NCBI RefSeq assembly: GCF_001194135.2
Contig: NC_068998.1
Location: 53,416,006 to 53,480,005, forward strand
Direction of reading: 5' to 3'
DNA from: Octopus bimaculoides
Taxonomy: Eukaryota
Length of the DNA stretch: 64,000 nucleotides
Shown: piece after piece, positions 27,937-40,134 of the stretch
Layout of the letters: each line of letters begins with the position of its first letter
Numbering within the stretch: the first letter of the stretch is position 1
Translations under genes and position numbers: made by a program
Notes under the pieces: generated by a model
Told to the model about the DNA's origin: nothing
Database searches by the model: none
Seen by the model: only the letters and a program-made list of their open reading frames with translations

Positions 27937-29005
27937 TTCAGATTTATACGTATTCTCCATTACAGATGTCCACGTCTACTTCATGATGTGACAAAAATCT
28001 GAAAATATTAGAAACATTTCACGCTAGCATGAATTCAAAATTTCAATTTAGTTCAATAAGCTACATACCAGTAAAATACAGAGGGGGCATTTTATCAAAT
28101 ATACATTGTTAACTTACCCGTATGAAGCATGACTAAATATGTAATAGAAAAACATAGCGGTTCTTGTTAAATTCTCCTCATGAACTTTTTTTCTAATTAT
28201 CTCCTTCATTAGTGTAGTCGGTCTCTTTCATCTAAAACGAAGTATGTCAATTTTTTCATCTAATTTAAACTCTTATTCTAATTATTGGAATTCAATATCC
28301 GTTCATTTGTTAATTTGTGTCATTATAATGTCCGTTTTGTTACATATACGCTTTACATCGTTTGCAGCAGTTCATAAACACGAAGTTTGATCATGTAAAC
28401 GGCACACACACTGAGGCAGAAACACATGCGCAGAAACACACTCACACAAATACACGCATACGTACACCCCTGTACATAAAAGAAACATACAAGTGTCTAA
28501 CGTACGTATATAAACATACACAAACATAAACGTTCGTATGTATGTGTGTCCGTATGTAGATATATATATGGGTGTGTGTGTTTAATTGGCAATATTTATT
28601 CATGCGATATACAGAATTATAGACTGTGCACTAGTGTATAGATTTATGCACATTTAGTCACAAACGCACACATACATATAAATCTGTCTGTCAATCTCCT
28701 GTACCTATATACAATTTATACACATATGCATAAACCAAATTATATGTGTGTGTGTTTGATGCACACGCGCGCCAATATGAGCGTGTACTGCCTCCCTGTA
28801 TAGAAACTTGTTTCATTGCATGTTTTCGTTACAGCAGGGTAGAATATTAGTCAATACTCTCCATTGTAATTATTGAATGAGTTCATTGGTTCGGAAAATT
28901 GATTTCTTTCGTCTTTAAATCAACATCGGTACAGGACTATACACATCTTTCTGTACAATAATTACAATTTAATTACTACACCATTGTCACAAGATCAGTT
29001 AACTG

Positions 29006-29162
29006 TTTGAGCCGTCCCCATGTGAGACTAGGCATCAGGATAAATTTGAGCCGTCCCCATGTGAGACTAGGCATNNNNNNNNNNGCATCAGGATAAATTT
29101 GAGCCGTCCCCATGTGAGACTAGGCATCAGGATAAATTTGAGCCGTCCCCATTTGAGCCGTC
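29006..29162 (+). repeat. 39-bp minisatellite interrupted by a 10-N gap
   Basis: Unit tttgagccgtccccatgtgagactaggcatcaggataaa starts at 29006, 29045, 29098 and 29137 (last one partial). Gap at 29075-29084. Confidence 0.9.
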
Positions 29163-30499
29163 AGCGGAAAAGTTATCTAAAATGTGTGATGCGTTCTAAA
29201 ATGTTCAGTGGCCTCAGACGACAATTTGAAAATGTCTCCATCATGCTAGTGTGTATACTTGAACTTCTATCATGTAACTATGAATCTTATGGAGTGTCTT
29301 GTGCTAATCGTGACATATTCTCGTTTTTCACCCGCTGAGTTTATACTGGTAGGAATTTGCGATTTTGGCATAAAATATCGTTAGGGCAATATTAGCGTTA
29401 TTCTGTCATGATTGTCTCTGATATTTGGGAATCATTTAAAGAATCTAATTGTCTTCCAGTGGAATGAAATGCCGTGATTTTGTGATATTAGTATTGTTTT
29501 TGCGGAGATGCATCTGCAGTGAAAGTGATTTGATGTGAAACTTTTTTTAATATAATTTTCTTACTTTATTTGTATTTCATATTTCTTTTCTTTTACTGAA
29601 TTTGTTTTTGATTTGAAAGCACCATGATGGGCACCATTACACTGGAAAATGGTTTCAAGAGGTTTATTCTTGATGTCTGTTTAAAGTTGGGGTGCGGTGA
29701 TTGTGTTATACAATTTTAAGAATTGAAAACGTAGAAAGTACAACTTGTAGAAGTTGGATCTAAAAAGAAACGAAAGAAAAATATTACACGTGAAGTTAGT
29801 GGAAAATTCTTTAGTTTCATAGAAACGTGTAATAAGAATTGAAGGCAATGAAGAATAATAGGCAACGAACAGTAATTCCGTATATGTAAGCGTTGCCAAG
29901 CAACAAACGATGGGTATTATTGAAATTTTAAAGAAATACTATAAGTTATCAAAATTCTAAATGTTCAATAAACCCAAACCGTTGTTTGCTTCATTATCAT
30001 AAAGGTTTCTAACATAATGAAACAATGTTGTAAAGATATATATGAATTTATGCATCAAAATATGGAAATATATAAAATTTGGAATTACCAAAGTCTTGCT
30101 AGTAATAACTATTATTATTAAAGAAAACAGGTTGACTATGATACGTGGAGAAATCACTGACCAGTGAAGTTTTAATCATTCGGTTTACTGATTTAACAAT
30201 GTGTTCATTGACTAAATAATTGATTCTAGTAATGGCCTCGGTAGAAACCATTAGGAAACTGGAAATTTGACAAACGGTTAGTTGGTTTAGGAATTTTGTA
30301 ATTAACGATTTCAAATTTTGTAATTAACAACAGCAATTCTAAATATTTCAAGATTGTAATGCAGTGATGTCCATTAAGAGTTCAGAAAACAAAACAAAAA
30401 AACATGTAAGAACATATGCTGTATTTAGTTGTTCAATTGATGATTGATATGAAATAATTTGAGTGGAATATTAAAATCTCATGCAAACCCATCGCTCTA

Positions 30500-30535
<36 letters not shown>

Positions 30536-30712
30536 GAACACATGCACGCATAGAAACAGATATACATTCCTACAATACAAGCACAATTCATTATATTTAA
30601 CTTGAAACATTTCATTAATACTTATAAATAAAAAAAAAAGTCTTATATATTATTAATATGTTAACGAGATATTGTGAATTTGTCACACGTCTCAGTATTT
30701 CTATTAGGAGAA

Positions 30713-30785
30713 GGGTGACGAGCTGGAAAGAACATTAGAAAAATATTTGTGGTAATTCTTTTTGAGTTCAAAACCTGTCGTGGTG
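30713..30785 (+). mobile_element. Very diverged family-A SINE 5' fragment
   Basis: gggtgacgagctggaaagaacattag...tgagttcaaaacc resembles the family-A head. Confidence 0.4.
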
Positions 30786-31155
30786 TCGATGAAATAAAGT
30801 AACATGTTCCGAGGTCAGAAACTAATTATGAGTTTTATTTCTTTTTGCCTTTTTCTTCCAATTTTGCCGAGCAACTTCCCAATACCGAAGGCATTGCAAC
30901 TGGCTATATACGTTGATAGGCCACTACAATACTCATACCATGTCCATGCATTCCTTTCTTTATCCACCTATTTTCAGTTTCATTCATTCTCATGTACTTT
31001 TACGGTGTCTACACAAGCCTGACCTTCTTACTTCGAATAATAGTGGTTCTGTGGAATGTTTACATAACATGCTATATTACTTTCTTCTCCTCTGATGCTG
31101 TGTTCGCATCAAATCATTTCTCTTCCCCCTCTTTTTCTTGATACATATGTACATA

Positions 31156-31189
<34 letters not shown>

Positions 31190-31900
31190 GGCACAAATGG
31201 TGTGACCGTATTATTCTTAAGGTCAATGCCATATTTGCCATTATTAAGTAGGTTAGATTGTTTATGGAATTATTGTAAATGCTACATCTTACAACTTGAT
31301 AGATCGCCAAGAGATTCTGTCGTCCGTTCAAAAATATATTAGCTTTGCAATTAGGTTGATTTAACTTAATAAGATCTTTATTTACAAACCAATGCGCTAT
31401 GCACAGAGAATCTATAATGCATTGTCCTAAATATTTTCTTTAATTACATCGCATTGTGTGTCGTAACTTCTTCGATGGGATTATCACAGCCTCTTATAAG
31501 CATCCGACCAAACAGAAAGTCCATGGAAATCTTGCGTTCAATATTAACGAGAGACATGGACAGACAGCCTGCAACAAAGCGAGTGACTGAAATATATTTC
31601 TGGTCTCTATTGACGTGCGCACAGGTCGATAATATAGTAGAAAAAGAAGCTTTTGTCGGTCAGCTATGTATGAAGGGAGGCAGATGATCGGCTGACCTTC
31701 TGAACGCTATGACCGATCGTTATATGTATCATGAGAAACGCGGGCAATAGCAAATGAAATGGATCAGATGAACTAGAGCATTCTGCAGGTAGTGTTTCAA
31801 TATAAACAAGACATTATATCTTTCTACTCGCAGAAAGAGATTTAAACTCAAATACCTGAGTCAGTCAACATTATACCAATGGTGTCGTCATCATCGTCGA

Positions 31901-31932
<32 letters not shown>

Positions 31933-32389
31933 CCATCATTCAGAATCAGTGTCCTTATTATCTTCAGGATCAAAATCACAATTATCATCACTAACCATAT
32001 TTTGATATCGTAATTAATACGTGTATTTAACTCAATTATCAATTTCATCTTGTTAAAGATATTAATTATAGTAATAAAAATTTGTTATTATATTAAAAAT
32101 TCGAAAGCAATTAAATTTTCATAAAGGAAAACAAATTTGGAGTTTAATACAATACCAACACAATTTTATTTCGAGCAACAACAACGGCAGCGGCAGCAGC
32201 ATAAGCAACGGCAATAACAACTGGTACTTTTGCGTAATTTGAACCCAGCCACTAATCTTGATAATGATAATTGTGTGAAACTATGCAAATGCGAACATCT
32301 GTGAGGGATTATTCTATGAAACTACACCGAGATTACTGAAAAGAAAATTTTACCTCTTTTCCTATTCATACATAATTACGCATTAATTT

Positions 32390-32490
32390 GTCAGGCTGGA
32401 AGATTCGGTAGAGTCACTGACAAAATAGCCAACGGAATGTGCTATGCTAATTGACAATCTGAGTTCAAATCCACCGCGAAAAACTTTTGT
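32390..32490 (+). mobile_element. Diverged family-A SINE 5' fragment
   Basis: ggctggaagattcggtagag...ctgagttcaaatccaccgcgaaaaactttt. Confidence 0.5.
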
Positions 32491-32665
32491 TAGAAGTCCG
32501 TCTATCATTGACCAGTTACAGCGATAACTTTGTGTGAATGTTCGTTGATTGAAATACATAGCGTTCTTTACGTTTATATTTCGCAAATTTCCCATTATTT
32601 ACATTCTGATATCGCTGGTGACGTCATTCTGGTAGGTTATGCTGGTATTCTCGTCTCACTTCAGC

Positions 32666-32735
32666 AAGGCGACGAGATGGTAGGAATGGTTAGCACGCCG
32701 TACAGAACTCTTAGTAGCGTTTCCTCTGTCTCAAG
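32666..32735 (+). mobile_element. Family-A SINE 5' fragment
   Basis: aaggcgacgagatggtaggaatggttagcacgccg...cttagtagcgtttcctctgtct. Confidence 0.55.
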
Positions 32736-35426
32736 CATCAAATCAATGCTAAAACATCAGTTCTCAAGCGCATCATAGTCAGCGAGCATGCTAGTAAATT
32801 TTACTATGCTGATGCACTATACTTTTCAGGCATTTGCATAAAAAAGTGTGTTTCTGTTTTCGCTTTCTAAGGAATATTTAGCTGATGTGATATCGTATGA
32901 TGTCAAGAAAGAAATTCAATACTCAACGACAGCATATCAGTCATGGTATTGTTTTCCTTTCCACCAGAATAAGAATTACTTTGATATTAGTACGTATTTA
33001 GTACAAAAGTAATGTATTTAGCCAGAAGGTGAAGCATTATATTCCAGAGTAAATCAGTTGTAAAAACTGACTTATATGGTTTCAAGTCGCCTAGAATTTC
33101 AAACCCAATAATAGAATCTGAACTACTTTGCTGTTATTTGAAATAGAAGAACTGCTCGGAGATGTGAAAATACGGTGTATTTCTGACGTTTCAGTTGGAT
33201 GGGATTTGTTTTTAATGAAGCCGTATTCTTATAAGGAGTAGAAACCAGTAATGGAAGCTAACAAGACATTTCTAATATATCACTAATCGAGAAGCTTCTA
33301 TAGGTCAGCTTCACAATTCCCCCTTTCGCAATGCATTTATGTATTTCTCTCTCTTCTTCTCGTTCCTTCACGCTCTATAACCTTATCTCTTTATATATCT
33401 ACAAGGGTTTCCTTGTTTTCTCTCTATTTATTTCCAACTTCTTTTTGCATGTCTCTCAATTCAATTCTTCCCTGTATAGCTATGTATTTCCATGTTCCGT
33501 TACACTCTTTTCCTCTCTCTATATTTATATTTCTCAACATTTCCTACTCTTGTCCTCGCTTCCTATCTTTATTCCTTTCTTCTCCCTCGCGTGTTCTCTC
33601 CTTCTTCTCGCGTCTTGACTGGATATTAAGAATTACTGCTTAGTACAGATGATTTACTCCGATAAGAGATAAAACTCGGTAATAACATGGATGGTGTTGT
33701 TTGTGTACAGCGGAAAGTATTCCAGATGGGAAGTAAACGATTATTCCCGATAGAAAGATGAATAGAAGCAATGCACTTTAAACTACATTTTGTAGAATCA
33801 TGTATGTATGTATATGTGCAGATTTGTATGTTTTGCTTCAGGTATACCTTCTCATGCATTAATTTGCATCTCGAAATATACTTGTATATATGTAAATGTT
33901 TTACAGATTTTTACAGTTCCAGTGATGGATCGGATCTGTAATATTCGAATCAGCTTTCCCCTTTCTGGTTTTGAGAAGACTAATTTCTCAAGATTAATAT
34001 TTAAGCAGTGTGTTACATATGTATGCAAGTAAGTATGCACGTTTGTCTGCACGTTGGTATGTATGTATGTGTCTTAATATTGAGACAATTTATGAGGGTG
34101 TTAAGAACTATGAAAAAGTTAAGTTTAGTCAGGAAATATTATGGTTTAACTGTATGCACCTCTGTTTTGAATCACAAATATCTTGCTTAAATGTCTCTTT
34201 TATCTTCTTCACACTGATTTACTCTCCCCCTCTCACTCTCACTCAGTCTCTCTCTCTTTCTATATGTCTATCTCCTTATCCTGAAGCAGCAGACTCTCAT
34301 TATATTGACAAGACAAACAGTTCCTAATAGTTTGCATTGCGATAAAAAAAAGCTATTTGCTAATATGCATCATTACTGACATTGAGTGCAGCTGATTGCT
34401 CTTATAAAATTAATTACAGATGTCACATTGAGGTCAGTTGACCCAAAGGGAAGCTTTCAACTCAGTCATTCCCAATTTCCTATTCTTAATATGATTATTA
34501 TTATGAATATTGTTGATACTTCTAGTAGCAATCTTGTTATGATGATGGTGATGATGACAGTGCTATGGCGGTGTTAATGGCGGTGCTGTTGGGAGCAGTG
34601 AGATTGTTATCAGTTATTCTTTAATTTTGAACGTTATAATTGTTATTATTGTTGCTAATCTTTTTGTACTGGATTTTTTGTTATTTTTTTCTGTTATTTT
34701 ATTATACATAATGTAGTTCTGCCAAACAATTAACACTCAATTAACATCCTTCATTGAATATCCTTCACTAGCTTTATTCTGTTTCCTATAAAATTTTCAC
34801 TGATTTGTTTGTCGACTATTTTCTTCCTCTAACCTATAAAATACCATGAGACAAGAACATTCGCTCATATCGGATATAAGTGGCTGCACATTGGTTTGGG
34901 CTTCCAGCAATATGGATTTACGAAAGTAGCTTTGATTTCTTGTTGAGCTGCTGCACGTCCCAAATTGATCGCTGTTGAAATTTGTATTGACAACTACTGC
35001 TAGGCTTCAGTTAAGTTCAATTAAGTTTCATGCGCTTAATCACAATGAAATATTCATCAGTGCCACAACCAAGCAATAGTCCTGGGCGGTTTTTACCTTC
35101 GCTCCTGATACACGTACACACATGACACTCACGCATACAGACACAGATATAACCAAGTAGACAAATATATGGATGCCTGCCGAATTGTTAGGCTCGTTCA
35201 TATGTGTGCCTGCATAGATGGGGGGGGGAGTGAGTGTGCGCGTGTGCGTGAGTATGTGTGTGTGACAGTGTGACAGTGTGTGTGTACATATGAAATCAAA
35301 GGTTAAAATTGGAAAATATTGTGAACTTGTTCTATGGAAAATTAATATTTTCACGGTGAATTGTTCTGAGCTCTCTTTTCATGAATGTTCCGTTATATAT
35401 ATGTTATATATTAGTAAAGCCATACT

Positions 35427-35470
<44 letters not shown>

Positions 35471-35699
35471 GGTGTGTGTTTGTGGTTATGTGTGTGTCAG
35501 TATGTATATTTATGTATACGTGCGTGTACGTAGTCATCTATTATATCATATTTATTGTGAATATGTTACCTCAGAGATAACTCTCATCTAAGTACTCATG
35601 TAAGTAACCAAACATCCTGCATGGTATGGTGGATGGAGCGTACCACATACATCCATGCTTCGCTTTCTGCCTGTCTGTCTCTGTCCCTGACTTTCTCTC

Positions 35700-35820
35700 T
35701 CCGGGTTCAGTCCTTTTGCGTGGCACTTTGGGCAAGTACTTTTACTATAGCCTCGGGGCGACCAAAACCTAGTAGGTAGATTTGATAGATACAATCAGAA
35801 AGATGCCCGTCGTATATATA
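35700..35820 (+). mobile_element. SINE of a third family (here called family B)
   Basis: ccgggttcagtcc...gcgtggcactttgggcaagtac...actatagcctcggggcgaccaaaacc...gtagatttgatagatacaatcagaaagatgcccgtcgtata. Related copies lie at 51258 (minus) and 57500. Confidence 0.7.
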
Positions 35821-36151
35821 CAGAGAGAGAGCAATATATATATATATACATACATATATATATATACATGTGTGTGTGTGTGTGCGTGCTTGCGTGCGTG
35901 CGTGCGTGCGTGTGTGATCATTGTCATTGTTGGCTGCTGCAGCAAATAATCCCCTGCAAAGATATATTTATTAAATCCTAAGAAAACCATTTATTTCTGT
36001 TTGCTGACAGAGGGCTTACTGATTGTTTGCGAATCCATTCCATCAAGAAGAAGAATGATTTGATTTTCGACATTTTTAGCTCTTTATATATATTTGAGTA
36101 AATATCCATTTCCTCCGTTTATACATGTTGTAATATGGGTGGCATTGAATT

Positions 36152-36195
<44 letters not shown>

Positions 36196-36572
36196 AAGAG
36201 AGATGTGCCCTCGATAGCCCAAACAAACACAACTCCACAGTTTCTTTAAATGCCGAAAAAAGAATGATAATAAATAAAATTGTAATAGAAATCTTTAAAC
36301 GCAAAATCTTCGAACTCGAATTCTTGCAATTATACGATGATAGGCAACAAGCAAAAGAACAAGCAAAAGGTAGGAGAGACAACAACAACAGTAACAACGC
36401 CACAAAATGTTCACAATTTTTACATACGAAATGGATAAACAAAAATGAGCAAACATCATCTCGAACCAGATCTAGAACAAAATGAGTAACGGATGAAGTA
36501 TCAACATTCAATATCCCCTTAACGGTTTGAGGCTTTCTTGTCAGCCGAGAAGGATGTGATACACGTCATTTC

Positions 36573-36620
<48 letters not shown>

Positions 36621-37103
36621 TACATACCTGTTTTTGTTTTTTCGGGAAGAAAACGGAGATGTCTTATGTATCTTCGGAAAGACACTTTAAGGAAATCTCT
36701 TCGTACCTGTTAGGATGTGTTTTCCAACTCATCAAGCAAGGCATATTGTAATGTGTGTTTGGTGTATAGGACCGAGAATCTAGTTAAAATAGGAGTTGAA
36801 CTCGCACAGTATTGACAATGGACTGTACAACTCAGAGTTTAGTTTTGTAGCAAATAGCTTTGAGAAATACGAGACTCACAAATACTGACACGGCTGTTAA
36901 CCATTTTTCTTTTCATCATAAATACAACGTCGAACTAAGAAATTGAATGCGAACAACATAATGTTGTGTGATATGTACGTGGAGCTTCAGATCCTGATGG
37001 CAACGGTAGGATGACCTCACAGTTGCATTGAAGTGAGGCAGTTTAACAATTGAATTTGTAGACCGCCGCAAAACTCAAAATTACGTTTGGCGTAGTAGTT
37101 TGC

Positions 37104-37441
37104 CTTTGCCTTTCATCTCGAAAGGATGAAAGGCAAAGTTGACCCCGGCGGAATTTGAACTCAGAACGTCAAGACAGACGAAATACCGCTAAGCATTTCG
37201 CCTGGCGTGCTAACATTTCTTATTACTTTACTATCCACACGGGGCTACACACAGGGGACAAACATGGACAGACAAACGGATTATATCGACTCCAGTGCGT
37301 AACTGGTACTTATTTAATCGACCCGCAGAGGATGAAAGGTAAAGGCGACCACGACGGAATTTGAACTCAGAACGTAACGGCAGACGAAATGGCGCTACGC
37401 ATTTCGTCCGGCGTGCTAACGGTTCTGCCAGCTCGCCGCCT
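37104..37441 (-). mobile_element. Head-to-tail family-A SINE dimer ending in an inverted 14-bp piece
   Basis: A full head starts at 37441 (aaggcggcgagctggcagaaccgttagcacgccgg). A second monomer lacking its 5' end starts near 37216. ctttgcctttcatc (37104-37117) is the exact reverse complement of gatgaaaggcaaag (37125-37138). Confidence 0.85.
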
Positions 37442-37487
37442 TCGGAGGTATTATGTTAATGCGAAAATAAACGTCTCTGCTTAAGAC

Positions 37488-37595
37488 ACGGGGGTCGATA
37501 AAATAATGTACCAGTTGAGTACTGGGGATCGATGTAGTCGACTATCCCTCTTCCCCAAAATTTCAGGCCATATTCTTATTAGAAAGGAATATTAT
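37488..37595 (+). mobile_element. Family-A SINE 3' half, opposite orientation to the adjacent dimer
   Basis: ggggtcgataaaataatgtaccagttgagtactggggatcgatgtagtcgac...aaatttcaggcc...agaaaggaatattattatt. Confidence 0.8.
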
Positions 37596-38236
37596 TATTG
37601 TTGTTAACGTTATTGTTGTTGTTGTTGTTGTCATCGTCCCCGACATCATCATCATCGTCATCAATTGCTGTTTCAGTATTGTTTTGGTTGTCGCTAACAT
37701 TATTGTTGTTTTTGTAATACCAATACTAATATATATAATATATACAAAAGCAGTCGTGACTGCACATATATTTGTTAAATGGTTAAGTTTCTTCAGCTAT
37801 AATCGCAAAAGTAAGAGAGTTAGAACGCCATGAGATCACATAAAAGAATATATCCTACATTTCTTGTGAATGGATGCCTTTGCTATATAGTTCTATTGTT
37901 AACAATTACCCAATACTTTTGCCAACAATATGGTCCCAGAGTATAGGAGAATGAGGAAGGAAACGGTGTCACGTCCCTTACCATCCGTTTGTAATTTGCT
38001 AAAGGTGGAATCTTGTCCATTGCGTATGTTATAGAATTCTTTCAAAAAAAAACTCACATCATCAGGAATGCTGCAAAATAGAAACTGTCACATCATCGAT
38101 ATATTACAAATAGAATTCCAATTTTTTTTAAGGTTTCCACTCTATTCTCATCTGTAATGGTAAATCTTCAGATTTGATAAATGAATAAAAGATTAGCGTA
38201 TGTGTTTGTGTGCGTATATGTATGTGTGTGCGTGTG

Positions 38237-38274
<38 letters not shown>

Positions 38275-38814
38275 CGTGTGTTGAGAAGAGAAAACTTTCC
38301 GTCAACTTTTCAAAGATGTTTCTGCAAAACGAACGTAGTTTCACAATGTTTATATCAAACTCACACACATAGAATCACATTTGTCATTTTTGAAAAGTTC
38401 TTAGCTATGTTGTTTTTAATGTTCATCATTCATTCGCTATGAGAAAATGCGCTAATCTTACAGTATGTTGATTTATAGATCTTCAAGAATGCACGATGAG
38501 ATATGTCACAACAATATTATGCATCAACGCTCAACATTGTAAGACCAATATTGTTATGTCAAATGTGAACTACCTTCACCTGGAGTCAGTAAAAGAGTTA
38601 CTAGATATGTACAAGTTCAAAGGCCGATCGAATTCATTCCATCTTCATATATTGTTTGAGATATTTTGCTGAAGTGTGAAATAGTTTTTATACGAGCTGT
38701 CCTTATCATTTTATGCAGGATCGCCTAAGCCCCATTGATATTTGATTAAGGCAACTACGTGCTAATGAGCCAGCATATGTTGTGGAAAGTATCATTGTTT
38801 GTTACCTCTCCCTA

Positions 38815-39129
38815 TTAAGAGATGCTGCAAAATAGATTGGAAAGTTAAGCAGTTGTGGTCGATGAAAAAGATAGCAGTAGTACCAATAATTGTCGGAGCC
38901 CTAGGAACAGTGATCAAAATTCTCGAGAAGTTTGTGGAACAAATAGGGGCTGCAATAAGGGTGGAGCACTTGCAGAAAACAGAACTGCTTGAAACCGCTC
39001 GAATACTCCGGAAGGTGGTCGAAAAATAAGAGGTGTTACCTTAGTTCACTGGTAGTGAACAGCTGACACTGGAGTACATCTCCAGGGTTAGAAGCTGTGC
39101 AAAGGCAATAATAATAATAATAATAATAA
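38815..39129 (+). mobile_element. 5'-truncated R4/Dong-clade non-LTR retrotransposon 3' end (RLE C-terminus, 3' UTR, (TAA)n tail)
   Basis: ORF 38799-39029 has WKVKQLWSMKKIAVVPIIVGALGTVIKILEKFVEQIG..RVEHLQKTELLETARILRKV, the C-terminal motif of restriction-like endonuclease LINEs (W......PI.VGALG......Q..ALL.TA.ILR). A short UTR and (aat)n at 39107-39129 follow. Dong elements are known to associate with TAA repeats. Confidence 0.85.
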
Positions 39130-39451
39130 ACGATTGATTCGATACTGTTCTTTACACAGAATTACTCTGTTATCCGTTGTATGTTCAGTATTTCTTCTCA
39201 AATTAGCTATCTTAGATCAGTCAACTAAAAATAGAGCAATCAATTATTTTCATCATTTAATATGTGATAAATTATAGAAAATCTATTCTGTAAAAACCAT
39301 TTCCAATTGAGTGGAAATAAAAACAAAATTTACATATATCTATCTATCAATCTATCTATAAACATATACACAAACACATACACACACACACACATATATA
39401 TACATACACAAACACACACACACAAACACTCACACACTCACACACACACAC

Positions 39452-39491
<40 letters not shown>

Positions 39492-39990
39492 GTGCGTGTG
39501 TCTTTCAATGAATATATGTTATGTCTTATAACTGGCAGATTTTCGTTTATTGCTTCATATAATTTTCGTATTGATGCTAAAATAATTATTATCGGGTGGG
39601 ACTTCGAATGAATGAGAGAAATGTTAGAATACTACGACAACGTTTCCTGTATTACGAACAGGAGTTATAGTTCTTCGCAGTTTGTTTTGGAATCAGGCAA
39701 CTCACTGTGATCATGTCGTCTCATCACTTCAGTATTGATGATATATATACCGGGAAAACGTTTGTATTAGGATAACACACTTACATCGCGTCCCCCTTTC
39801 AAATGAGGCCGTTCTAAACTGGACTAGATACCTTGCATGTTTCAAGGAATGATTCACTTCGATGCTGCGTTTAAATGATGTGTTTTGCAGGATAATATGA
39901 ATGTTATTACAATAATCGTTTAGTTGTTTTCATTGAAAAATGAATGTTTACAGAAAATACCATTGATATATTGTAACATTTCTAGTGTAC

Positions 39991-40134
39991 TATTTCGTCT
40001 GTCTTTACGTTCTGAGTTCAAATTCCGCCGATGTCAACTTTGCCTTTCATCCTTTCGGGTTCTATAAATCAAGTACCAGTTTCGTACTAGAGTTGATCTA
40101 ATCGATTGGCCCCCTCCCCACAAAAAAATTTGGG
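39991..40134 (+). mobile_element. 5'-truncated family-A SINE
   Basis: tatttcgtctgtctttacgttctgagttcaaattccgccgatgtcaactttgcctttcatcctttcggg...gtaccagt... Confidence 0.85.

Noticed and set aside
29006-29162. CRISPR-like regularly spaced repeats
   Set aside because: Units are contiguous with no unique spacers, there are no cas genes, and the context is eukaryotic.
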